DNA from: Bigelowiella natans CCMP2755
Lineage: Eukaryota > Protista > Cercozoa
NCBI GenBank assembly: GCA_000320545.1
Contig: ADNK01002960.1
Span: 62,001-126,000, forward strand
Direction: 5' to 3'
DNA: 64,000 bases
Position 1 is the stretch's first letter. Every line of letters starts with the position of its first letter. Both the position numbers and the translations under genes were made by a program. The notes below the pieces were generated by a model. The model was given only the letters and a program-made list of their open reading frames with translations, searched no databases and was not told where the DNA came from. Below, in pieces: positions 1 to 9,998 of this stretch.

Positions 1-530
1 ATCTAGCAGATGTTCGCGCGCGCTACCGCACACACGTATGGCCAAGTGGATAGCATGCGCGCTGTGCGCATGTGCCCATCTCTAGCTAGATTTAGCCATG
101 TCTGCTGGATGTGCGTGTGCAGACATGGCATGCACGGACACGTGTAGCTAGTTCCACTAGTCCAGAGTTTGGTGGCATCTAGCTAGCAGCTATGGACATG
201 CATGTGCGCGTGCGATGTGGCGGCGGGCAGCGCTAGAGCGTGGCTGTGGGTCGCGTTGCATGTAGATCGAGCAAAATGGAGAGAATTGGAGAATTGCGCG
301 TGCTGCTACGCTCGATCATTTGTTAATTGGACCACACACTCACACTGGCACACGCCATTGCATGCATGGCGTCGCGCATGCGCAGCATCAACAATTTTGT
401 CATTCCAGCATGGACACATCTAGGTGTGCAGACTCTGCATGAGCCATGCTAGCATGGTGCGCTAGCACCATGGACTAGTGGAGCATGCAATGACGCACGT
501 GTGCGTGTCTGAATCAATCTGATCTAGCTA
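1..530. other. TpA-depleted, CTAG/TGCA/CATG-rich patch (partially hypermutated non-coding DNA)
   Basis: Dominated by TGCA, CATG, CACA and GCGC words. Many remaining TA dinucleotides lie in CTAG (e.g. tctagctaga, catctagctagc, gctagcatgg, atctagctag). The signature stops where the WD40 ORF begins. Confidence 0.7.
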
Positions 531-533
531 GTG

Positions 534-1106
534 ATGTGTGGTGACGTACAGACGCGGTTCACTGATCACCGGGGCGCAGTTCTTTCGATGGCCTTCTCGC
601 CAGACGGGGAACGCGTGGTCACGGGGGAAAGAGGCTCAAACGTGATTTTTTGGTGCTCTACAACGGGATCGCGGTTTTTCGATATCCGACCTCCTAACCC
701 CAGACGAACTGTCTGTTCTACCGGATTCTCCTCCGATGGGAAACTGGTGGTCAGCGCTGGCTTCGACAAGTCCGCTTTCATCTGGGACGCTTCGACAGGA
801 GAGTTGAGAAACGAGCTCGGTTGTGCATCCGTAGACCTGGGCGACTGGCTTTACTCGGCAAGCTTCTCGGAGAACCGCGTAGCCTTCGGTTGTTTCAGTG
901 GTACAATGCAAGTGTGGACAGACCTTATGTCGCGTTCCCCGCGTCTGGTCTTGAGCCTCAACAATCGTGGGGCAGTGCATTCAGTGTGTTTCTCGCCAGA
1001 TGGTCGATATTTAGCTTCGGCCATGGCTGACGGGTCAGTTCGAATTTGGGAAATCGAGAATCGGATTGGCCCTGGTCGCGTTGGGATCACAAAGCCTACT
1101 CGCTAA
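534..1106 (+). CDS. WD40-repeat protein (about 4 blades, possibly 5'-truncated)
   Basis: Repeated WD40 motifs: HRGAVLSMAFSPDGERVVTG...VIFW, VCSTGFSSDGKLVVSAGFDKSAFIWD, GAVHSVCFSPDGRYLASAMADGSVRIWE. ATG at 534. Confidence 0.8.
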   Translation: MCGDVQTRFTDHRGAVLSMAFSPDGERVVTGERGSNVIFWCSTTGSRFFDIRPPNPRRTVCSTGFSSDGKLVVSAGFDKSAFIWDASTGELRNELGCASVDLGDWLYSASFSENRVAFGCFSGTMQVWTDLMSRSPRLVLSLNNRGAVHSVCFSPDGRYLASAMADGSVRIWEIENRIGPGRVGITKPTR

Positions 1107-1144
1107 AAATCTGGGACCATCTATATTCAAAGAGAGAGCGAAGT

Positions 1145-1483
1145 ATGTCGTCAGGACAAACCACCCATGAGACCAAACGAAGCAAAGATTACAGGAAGAA
1201 ATACAAAAAATCGAAGCACTTGATCTCTGCAATGAAAAGGGAACAGGAGGCAGATAGGAAAGAGATGGATTCATTGATGGATACCATAGCCACTTACAAG
1301 TCATACATGGAAGGTATACGCGGGGTTGTCGAGCGAGGTCCCAAAAAACTTAGCCAGAAAGAGTTGTTACTCGATGTGCAGACGGATCTAGTCTCGTCAG
1401 ATGACGAAGAAATTGAGATTGGCGTAGAGGAGAAGAAAGATTCGGGTTTGACCGATGATGAACGGGGGGGAGGTAAATGCTAA
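1145..1483 (+). CDS. Small charged/coiled-coil hypothetical protein
   Basis: ATG at 1145 opens a 112-aa K/E/D-rich ORF (RKKYKKSKHLISAMKREQEADRKEMDSLMDTIATYK) with protein-like composition. No recognisable family. Confidence 0.35.
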   Translation: MSSGQTTHETKRSKDYRKKYKKSKHLISAMKREQEADRKEMDSLMDTIATYKSYMEGIRGVVERGPKKLSQKELLLDVQTDLVSSDDEEIEIGVEEKKDSGLTDDERGGGKC

Positions 1484-2073
1484 TGGGAACCCATTCCCGG
1501 ATGCCACAACTGGCATTTACAGCGATTAGCCCTGTGTTCCGCCCATAATACGCGCAAAGATAGCGTATATCACTCACCCACCCCCCGCGTTTTTTTGTTG
1601 TTTTCACGTACACGCTTTTAGACTCGACTGGCTGCTGCCAATGTCGCTATGCCAGCACACAACGCAGACCCGATAACGGCGGAGACGTTTCCGCCAGTCT
1701 CCCTCCCGCCGCGGCCTAGGGGGGGGGGGACCGACTGCTGCTACGACAACCAGCGTAGCGGATACGCACATGACCTGTGTTACATGACACGCACACATGA
1801 TACTTTGTACATGTGTAACCCCAAAGATCCCCCCTATGAAGTACAAGTACAATGTTATGACATGACACAGCATGATGCTACAGTAGCATCGCTTTGCGAA
1901 CAGGTGGGCATTGGCCACATCGCAGATGCCGCCATTGGCGTTTATAATAATTTTATTGTTATTACTTACACATCACGCACATCGCTTGGTATCTGTTCCA
2001 TGCTTGCGCATGAGAATTTTCATTGAGAGCTGAATCGTTGTTAGGGGTAAACTTAGTAGAAAGGGAAATTGAC

Positions 2074-2622
2074 TCAGTTCTTTTCTACGACCGCAAACAG
2101 TGACCTTTTCAAAAATTTAGTGACAAATTCGGAGAGACCTTCCACTTGAGTTTCAGGCAACTTTCCCCTCTTGTACTTGTGGCAAAGTGGGGGATTGAAC
2201 GCTTTTGTGAGGTGTCTTTCAATGAGTGGAGAGCCAAGATTTTTATACTTTTTTTTTACTTTCAGCTTTTTTGGAAGTTTCTTCTCGACTAATTGATCAT
2301 CGGGAGAAGCTGCAAAGGATGGGACTAGATCTTTCAACACTTTGAATTTCCTCTTTAATTGTCGAATTGTGTAGTCTTTGAAACCCTTGCTCATGTTGTA
2401 TGATTCCCTTTGACTGATACTCCATGTGGCACCAAAATCTACTGGCGCCTGTGACGACTCTGCGTCCTTCATCATGGCTTTCCACATTCCCTCAGCCCAT
2501 TCTTCAGGGGTAAGCGTCTTCGTCTCGTGAGGTGCAAAGTATTCATTATTTTCACCACGTGCGAAAAATCTTCGACTCCCTGCTCTCTCAAGTAGGACAT
2601 CAACAGCTCGAGGGATGTTCAT
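2074..2622 (-). CDS. Hypothetical protein (may be a terminal exon)
   Basis: 182-aa ORF with protein-like, K/E-rich composition. A possible acceptor (ttag) lies just upstream on the minus strand. No family recognised. Confidence 0.4.
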   Translation of the reverse strand: MNIPRAVDVLLERAGSRRFFARGENNEYFAPHETKTLTPEEWAEGMWKAMMKDAESSQAPVDFGATWSISQRESYNMSKGFKDYTIRQLKRKFKVLKDLVPSFAASPDDQLVEKKLPKKLKVKKKYKNLGSPLIERHLTKAFNPPLCHKYKRGKLPETQVEGLSEFVTKFLKRSLFAVVEKN

Positions 2623-3008
2623 ATAGAGCCTAATCGCAGGAATGACATGATGAGATTAAAAAGGATAATCATGACTGCAATATCAAAATGTGAGTGAGAG
2701 ATTAATAACTAGGGACGTGTGATTGTATGCATTTACACAAAGGAGTCATATGTCATGTTGAGATGCCATTGATGAACAATGATGAACGAAATTGGATTTG
2801 AACTACTGTGGTTCAGCATTGGCACACATACGGACTTAAGAACAAAGCGATAATTTTAGAAGCACCTCCCGTAGGCAGGATCTCCGTTTCCAAAAACAGC
2901 ATGCTGTAACCCTGTAAGTTTTTTCTTTCCATTTTCAGAGGCTTTCTTCAGATGATAGTAAAATTTCCAGAAGTTATCAGGGGGATATCCTAGTTACACA
3001 TGTATTTG

Positions 3009-3041
3009 TATATATATATATATTATATGCATACATACCTT

Positions 3042-3085
<44 letters not shown>

Positions 3086-3165
3086 CTGTATTATTAAATC
3101 TACAAAGTATATATTACAGTAAATCTACAAAGTATATATATAAAACCAAATCTACAAAGTATTAA
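3009..3165. repeat. (TA)n microsatellite followed by three copies of aaatctacaaagtat
   Basis: Read directly. TA is intact here, unlike in the depleted patches. Confidence 0.85.
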
Positions 3166-4829
3166 TGTTAGTGAAAATATGTGTGCTTAGAAATATCAAT
3201 GACATCGTAAGCACACTTGTTTCACGGCTAACATCAGAGTCCAAGTTGAGCTTTATTTACTTAATCATCACAATCATATTGTCTAAAACCCCTACACTAG
3301 ATATTATATTTATGATTATATATCAATTATCTTGATTTTAGAATGCCTTATCAACTATATGTGTTTTGTCACCGTTTTTCGTAGACACGACGATGACAAT
3401 AAACTTTGTGTTTTTCAGATCGTTGAAGTTAAACGAGTTTCCAGAGCGAACCTTCAGAGGTTCACGAATCCGTAGGCCGTCAGGACAGCATTCTGCCATC
3501 ATCACAGCCTGTTTTCTACTTATGCTTGCTTCTGAAGTCACAATCACAAATAACCACTCAGTTTTTATGGAGTTGAAGTGAAAGATGACACTTCGTAATA
3601 TGCAAAATGAAAATGTATAGATGAGGATAATTTCAGTCATTCAAAAACTGCCACTTTAAGTGAAAATTACTGGATGTAACAACAGCAGCAAATTACCTGA
3701 GAAGCATCCATACACGACTGCAACTTCTGAAATCGCCATGTTGTTGGAATAACTCCTGGTGGGAGGCAGGCACCGGGTAAGATCTGGATGGTCATTCGCG
3801 TAGACACACATTTACAATCATACCAACCAAAAGGAAAATGTAAGAATCAAAGGCGGCTTCATCAACTCGCCACGGGGACGCACTATACCTGCTCTGCTGC
3901 AGGGTAAGAGCAAGGACGTCGAAAACTGCGAAGTCTCCCTTCGACGAATGCTCGGAAGCTGTTAAACGAACATAGTCGATCCATTTCGTTTTTGCGACAA
4001 TTTATTCATGATAAATCCAACATGTCTCACGACGAAAAACAAGTGCATTTAGCAACAATCGCAAGACTCGCCGGGATTTCCACGTTGGGGGGTGCTCCAA
4101 CACACGGGGTATCGATGACGTAGTGGAAATCACAGGGAAATATTAAAGAGCGACAGGCTTCTTCGACGCCATTTCATGAGAAAATCCCGCGAGACACACC
4201 CGAGAATTGTGGCGACCACCGACTCGAGACTTAATTCTATGTTTTCTCTTAAACGCTTAACGCTTTAACAGCGTGGATTTGTTGTCGCGAAACAAAAATC
4301 AACTCAATTTTATGGAAACTGCAGCATTACGATACTCGTATGCTTTGTCATTGTTCGACCACGGAATGCACATGCGGAAGGTCCATGCACCACGCACCGC
4401 GCACCACATCATCCGGAAGTTTCAGACCGCGAAGGACGTTCAGCTCCTACGCCAAAATTAACAGACTGGGTTGTGACTACCGGCAGGACCACCATCCGCA
4501 AATCCCCAATCCTAGACCTTTGTAAAAACCTTGGGAAGATTTCATATCAGGTAAGGTTGATATGCAGGAAGATGCGACTTCGATGGCGTGTCTGCTTCCA
4601 ACAGGCAGAGAACTCAAAGATTGTCACCTATGCTGTGTTCTAAGTAGTCGTATATTGATTAAATGCAGATCGATCATGCAATCTCAAGAGAACATACCTG
4701 ATTGGCGCAAGGAGGGAAAATGTTCTAAAGGAGAAAGATGCCCAACTAAAGTCGTAATTTTGTTAGTGTGCTGTGTATGCTTCATAATTTTTGTATAAAA
4801 TTCTGAGATGGTTACAAACGGACATGTAG

Positions 4830-6662
4830 GTAAAGATCAAGAACCTGAAGAAATTACCTGTAACTGTGTTGTCTGGTTTTTTGGGATCTGGAAAGACTAC
4901 TCTGCTAAAGAACATTCTTCGCAATAAGAGGGATATGAAAGTTGCTGTCATTGTCAACGATATGAGCGAACTCAATCTGGATGCCAAGGAAGTATCCCAA
5001 TTAAGTAACATATTGATATCTAGATCGCTCTTTGCTGGAACAATGTAGACACTGTGATGCATTTCTTACCTTTATCCTGCATTCACAATGTCTCCATTCC
5101 ATTCCTTCGTATCTCTATCTACGCAATCATGTATCACTTCATGCTCTAGGTGCAAGACTCGAAGCTGCTTTGCGCAGAAGAGGAGATGATAACATTGGAA
5201 AATGGGTGTGCGTGCTGCACTCTTCGGGGAGATCTTCTCAAAAAGATCGCACTGCTTTGTTTTGAACAACAGTAAGTTACAATAAAATGTTCCTAAAGTT
5301 CCCTACAAACCCCTAAATATTAAGTAGAGTACGGAAAACTGCTACATAAGTTTGGTGTGACTGGATCTCTGGTATCTCTTTTCTTTTAGGTATGACTATC
5401 TTGTCATAGAATTAACAGGGATTGCAGAGCCGATGCCCATTGCTCAGACATTTACGATGAACATTGATCGAATGTTTGACGTCGAAGAAGAGGGAGGGGA
5501 GAATACGGAGGAGAAGGAAGATGATGAGAACGATACAGATGTGGATACAGCTGAATTTTATGGGCAAGTCGGGGAACTTGATCTATGGTCAATGCTTACT
5601 AAAAAGAAAAAGAAATCTCTGATACACTATGCAAATCTTGACACCATGGTCACAGTTGTAGACTGCAGCATGGTCTTCGACATAATGACATCTCTCGAAA
5701 AAGTAAGTGAAAGTATGTGCTCGCATGATGAAGAAAATGACCATGAGAAGAGTCTCTGCCATCTCATGATAAATCAAATCGAATTTGCAAATGTGATTCT
5801 TCTGAACAAATGCGATCTGTTGGGAGGTAAGAATTCTTCGAAAGTTCAAGCGGTCAGTTCGCTTTTGCACAAGCTTAATCCAAAAGCAAAGCTACACCAC
5901 ACGGTGAATAGTGAAGTGGATCTCTCAAACATACTTAATACAAAACTGTTTGACATGGAAAAGATGATGTCATCGGCAGGATGGATGAATGAGCTTTCCG
6001 AGAAAGATTTCACAACTGACAACGAGAAGTACGGTGTTTCATCCTTCATCTTCCGCAGTAGAGTACCTTTCCACCCTCAGCGACTTTCTGCAATTCTCGA
6101 TGGCTTTGGACGCATAAAATTCCATTCAAACACCAAAGACCCACAGCCAGCTGAAGATGAAAGTGACAATAAAAAAAATGATGGAGGTCCATTCTTTGGA
6201 GTCATACGCAGCAAGGGGATCCTCTGGATAGCAAACGGCTATTCTTACCCATTTAATTTTCACACGGCAGGAAGAGAGATAGTCATTGAGCCCAGGGGCA
6301 TTCCTTTTCTTGCCTCAATTCCCGAGGAGGAAATGGACAACGAAGAAAAGCAACGGTGCACATTTTTAAAGCAGAATGGCGACTGGGATGAGAAGGTCGG
6401 AGACAGAGAGAATGAAATTGTCTGTATTGGAATAGGAATTCAAGAAAGAACATTGATGGCAAAGTTGAAGGCTGCATGCCTTACCAAAGATGAAATCAAT
6501 AAAGGTCCTGGGTTCTGGAAGTCGCTTGACGATCCATTTTTTGGTGGAGAAATCAGAAATTACTTCGATTTTGCTGCAGAGGATGGAGATGAGAATGAGG
6601 ATGACAGCAGTGAAAATCCTGAATCACACTTAATCTCCTCGAAAAGAGCTAAGACCGAATGA
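4830..6662 (+). CDS. COG0523/CobW-family (G3E) P-loop GTPase, putative zinc metallochaperone; exons 4830-4991, 5150-5271, 5390-6662 (5' exon unresolved)
   Basis: Spliced translation gives [16 protein letters not shown] (Walker A), [27 protein letters not shown] (CxCC metal motif), [14 protein letters not shown] (Walker B/ExxG) and LLNKCDL (NKxD). CobW_C-like motifs follow: [32 protein letters not shown] introns 4992-5149 and 5272-5389 keep the frame. Confidence 0.9.
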
Positions 6663-6668
6663 TCAAAA

Positions 6669-6702
<34 letters not shown>

Positions 6703-6799
6703 TGCATCCCGGCGCCGCCATTGAATCCTGTAATGTGGAAAATTCATTCAGTAGAAAAACATGAGCACCATTGGACTTTGATCGGTTTCTAAGCGCTTT

Positions 6800-7620
6800 G
6801 ATCCCCAAATTGCAATTGCAACATGTGCAGTCCAAATGCATGGCATCGATGATGAGAATCATCATGACCACTGATGATGTGTTTTTCAATGATGTCCTTC
6901 ACGCACATGGTGCGCTACCGCATGCCATCCGGCAGGTGCGGCAAACATGCACGAATTTAATGCATTCAAGATTGGTCTGGGCCCACGTGCATTCTCTGCA
7001 CAACACAATAGTCAACGGGTACCCGTTGTGCAGAGAATGCACGCTGCGCGTTTGTTCTCTGCCACATTTTGAGTGCTTTATTTTGTGCTTTTGCGCGTGT
7101 GTTTGACCATGCAAGTGTGACATGCCGATGCCATGAAAAAATTCAAAGAAATGCGAGCAAATCTGATGTCCATTGCATCACATGACGCGCTTGCTCGCGC
7201 GCAGCAGCTTCCAAATGCATGTTCTGGCGATTCGTCACAGGTTTGACGGAGCTGTGTTCAGTGTTGCACAGCGCATGCATGCGTGATGATCGTGATGCCG
7301 GATCGATGAGCGCAATCTAGCTGTTCTAGTCTAGCAATGCTAGCTGCAGCACGTCTAGACATCTAGACGCATGAGCTAGCATCCCATTCATTTGCAATTG
7401 CAATGTTCGCTTGCCAATGAGTTGCATGCCACACCACCACCACGCGCATGCATGTGCGATGCACCTAGACATGCACATGCACGCGCAGAGATCACCAGGC
7501 CGCCATGGCAGCATGCAACACAACGAATGTTGACTTGTTTTTTCATCTTTGTTATTTTTCAACGTTGTGACATGTGCCATGAGCACGACAATTTTGCATT
7601 ACGCAAAGTTTAGAGTAAGT
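6800..7620. other. TpA-depleted, CTAG-rich patch between the COG0523 and ABC-F genes
   Basis: Few TA dinucleotides outside CTAG. A dense CTAG cluster lies at ~7315-7380 (atctagctgttctagtctagcaatgctagc...tctagacatctagac...gctagc). Confidence 0.75.
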
Positions 7621-7727
7621 GCAGAGAGAGCACTGAGTGGGCAAAAAACAGGTGTACGCATGACCATGAGTCATGCTCTTTCCATGTTGTGGTACAAATT
7701 CCCGTTGTAGTGAGTATCGGTGCATGT

Positions 7728-9998
7728 TTAGCGGCGGCGAGAACGAGCGGTCTTCTTGAGCTCAGCCTTCTTCTTAGCCGCGAGTTTCTTCGCCTTCTGG
7801 TCTTCCTTGTGGACGAAGTACGCAGATTGGCGGAGCTCCCTAGTAGGCTTTACGCCAACAGGAAGGATCTGGGTAGGCTTGAGGACGACAGAGTTACCGT
7901 ACTCGGTGAAGATGACGCAGATACCTCCGGTCTTCTTCTTCGAAATTTGGCGGATCTTGGCAGGGTAGAACGCCTGGTCTTCCCACCAGAAAGCCTGGCA
8001 CTTCTCGCCAACCTTCCAGTCGTCCTTGGCAGCCTTGATGATCTTAGGAGCCTTCTTAGCCTCGGCAGCAGCCTTGGCTTCAGCCTCGGCCTTCTTCCTG
8101 TTCAGAGCTTCCTGCTCCTTTGCCTCCATGGCCTCCTTCGCAGCTTGCCTTCTGCGCATAATGGCCTCTTGAGAGAACTCCTCAACTTCTTCCTTCTGCT
8201 CCCCAGATCCACCCTGTACGGAGTTGATCTTGACCTTACCGCCTTCTTCAAGTTCGTTGATGAAGGTGTAGGTGGCGCGTTCGCAGCTCTTGATATCTCC
8301 GAAGAACTTGAACTGGCCGGGAGTGATCGAGAGGTAGATGTTACCGCACGAGTGAAGCATGTGACGCGAGTGCGTTACGAGCAACATGGCACCAGGGTAC
8401 TTGTTGCATGCGGCAATCAACGAGTCGACCGTCTCAAGATCGAGGAAGTTAGTTGGCTCGTCCATGATGAGGAGGTGAGGGCAACTGTATGTGAGCTGGG
8501 CGAAGATGACGCGAGCCTTCTGGCCTCCGGAGAAACCCTTCATTCGGGTGTCGTTCATCTCGTCCTGCATACCTGCCTTCTTGAGGTGGTGGCGCAGCTT
8601 CCCTTGCTGCTTTTCATCCGGGAACTTCTTGCACATGTGCTCGAATGGAGTCATCGAGAGGTCGAGCTCCTGAGCGGAGTGCTGCCCGAAGTAGGCCAGC
8701 TTGAAACCCTCCACCGTGTTGACGGACCCAGTGGTTGGGGTTAGTCGGCCAGTGAGAAGCTTTAGGAAGGTAGATTTACCAGCACCATTAGGTCCCATGA
8801 TACCCATTCGAGTTCCAGCAGTAATCGTACAGTTGGTCTTCTTTCCGAAGATCATAACGTCCGTTCCTGGGTACTTGAAGGTCACATCCTTCATATCGAT
8901 CAGGGGAATATCCTCGGGTTTAGCTTCCGGGTCAACGCCCTTGAGCGGAGTAGGATCAGGGAAGGTGAACATGTTGCTCTTGGCGAACTGGCGTCCGGTG
9001 TAAGCACGGCACCATTCCCTGTACTGCATAACTCGCTTACCCACTGGAGTAGCTGGGTCAGGATTCCTGTTTCGGCTGATGAACTGCTCGCGATCGCGGA
9101 ACTTCTTTGCATCCTCACGCGCCTTCTTCTTCTCGAAGGCAGGGAAATCCATCTTGTAGTAGAGGAGCTCCCTGTCCTCGATCAAGATGACAGAGTTACA
9201 GACGTTCTCAAGAAGGTTCCTGTCGTGGGTGACGAGCAGGAAGGATCCACTGTAAGAGCGGAGGCGGTTCTCCAGCCAGAGGACAGAGGGGAAATCAAGG
9301 TGGTTAGTAGGATCGTCGAGTAGAAGCAAGTCCGGCGATTGAAAGAATGCGCAAACCAAAGCGACACGCATACGAAGACCTCCGGAGAGCTCGTTCACGT
9401 TCTTCTTCTGGGCCTTCTCGTCGAATCCCAGAGGCTTAAGCATGCGGGAGATCCTCTCCTCAGCGGTGTCGGACTTGAGCAAGGTTAGCTCCTTCTCGAC
9501 ATATGCCAGGTTGGCCTTGAGTTCCTCCTTATCGTCTTTCGCAATGCGAGCCTTCAGCTCTTCGTGGCATTTGCGCATGACGTAGAGGAGTTCGTGACTC
9601 TGGAGTACAGTCTCGATGATCGTTCCGTTGTCAGGGGAAGTCTCAATCTCCTCCATATGGAGAGTACTAAGATGCTTAGGAAAGCCCTCAATCTCGCCTG
9701 AGGCGATAGCTCGGAAGAGGGTACTCTTTCCACAGCCGTTAGCACCGAAAAGCGCATGGCGCTTGCGAGGTTCGAGAATCAACTCTGTGGACTTAAAGAG
9801 CTGCTTGTCCTTAAATGGAGTCCACAGGTTAAAAACCTCGATCTCAACCCGCTTGGAGGCGTTGGAAGCCTTCTCAAGTTTCAACAGTTCCTGGCGGTAC
9901 GTTGGGAAAGTGGTGACAATGGAATCGAAAGAAGTCCAATCCACATTCTCGAAACGCTTGTTGATGAGTTCCAATCGGGTAAGATCCTTGTCAGTCAT
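7728..9998 (-). CDS. ABC-F family ATPase (GCN20/ABCF-like) with C-terminal Tudor domain; intronless, 756 aa
   Basis: Two NBDs and no transmembrane segments. NBD1: GANGCGKST, LSGGLRMRV, LLLLDDPTNHLD, LVTHDR. NBD2: GPNGAGKST, FSGGQKARV, LLIMDEPTNFLD, LVTHSR. The C-terminal WKVGEKCQAFWWEDQAFYPAKIRQI...CVIFTEYGN matches the SMN/SPF30 Tudor pattern. Confidence 0.93.
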   Translation of the reverse strand: MTDKDLTRLELINKRFENVDWTSFDSIVTTFPTYRQELLKLEKASNASKRVEIEVFNLWTPFKDKQLFKSTELILEPRKRHALFGANGCGKSTLFRAIASGEIEGFPKHLSTLHMEEIETSPDNGTIIETVLQSHELLYVMRKCHEELKARIAKDDKEELKANLAYVEKELTLLKSDTAEERISRMLKPLGFDEKAQKKNVNELSGGLRMRVALVCAFFQSPDLLLLDDPTNHLDFPSVLWLENRLRSYSGSFLLVTHDRNLLENVCNSVILIEDRELLYYKMDFPAFEKKKAREDAKKFRDREQFISRNRNPDPATPVGKRVMQYREWCRAYTGRQFAKSNMFTFPDPTPLKGVDPEAKPEDIPLIDMKDVTFKYPGTDVMIFGKKTNCTITAGTRMGIMGPNGAGKSTFLKLLTGRLTPTTGSVNTVEGFKLAYFGQHSAQELDLSMTPFEHMCKKFPDEKQQGKLRHHLKKAGMQDEMNDTRMKGFSGGQKARVIFAQLTYSCPHLLIMDEPTNFLDLETVDSLIAACNKYPGAMLLVTHSRHMLHSCGNIYLSITPGQFKFFGDIKSCERATYTFINELEEGGKVKINSVQGGSGEQKEEVEEFSQEAIMRRRQAAKEAMEAKEQEALNRKKAEAEAKAAAEAKKAPKIIKAAKDDWKVGEKCQAFWWEDQAFYPAKIRQISKKKTGGICVIFTEYGNSVVLKPTQILPVGVKPTRELRQSAYFVHKEDQKAKKLAAKKKAELKKTARSRRR

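Noticed and set aside
1649-2026. 125-aa ORF
   Set aside because: No motif, contains a G homopolymer, and its composition resembles partly mutated non-coding DNA.
7689-8744. 351-aa plus-strand ORF
   Set aside because: Antisense shadow of the codon-biased ABC-F gene; Leu-rich with no motifs.
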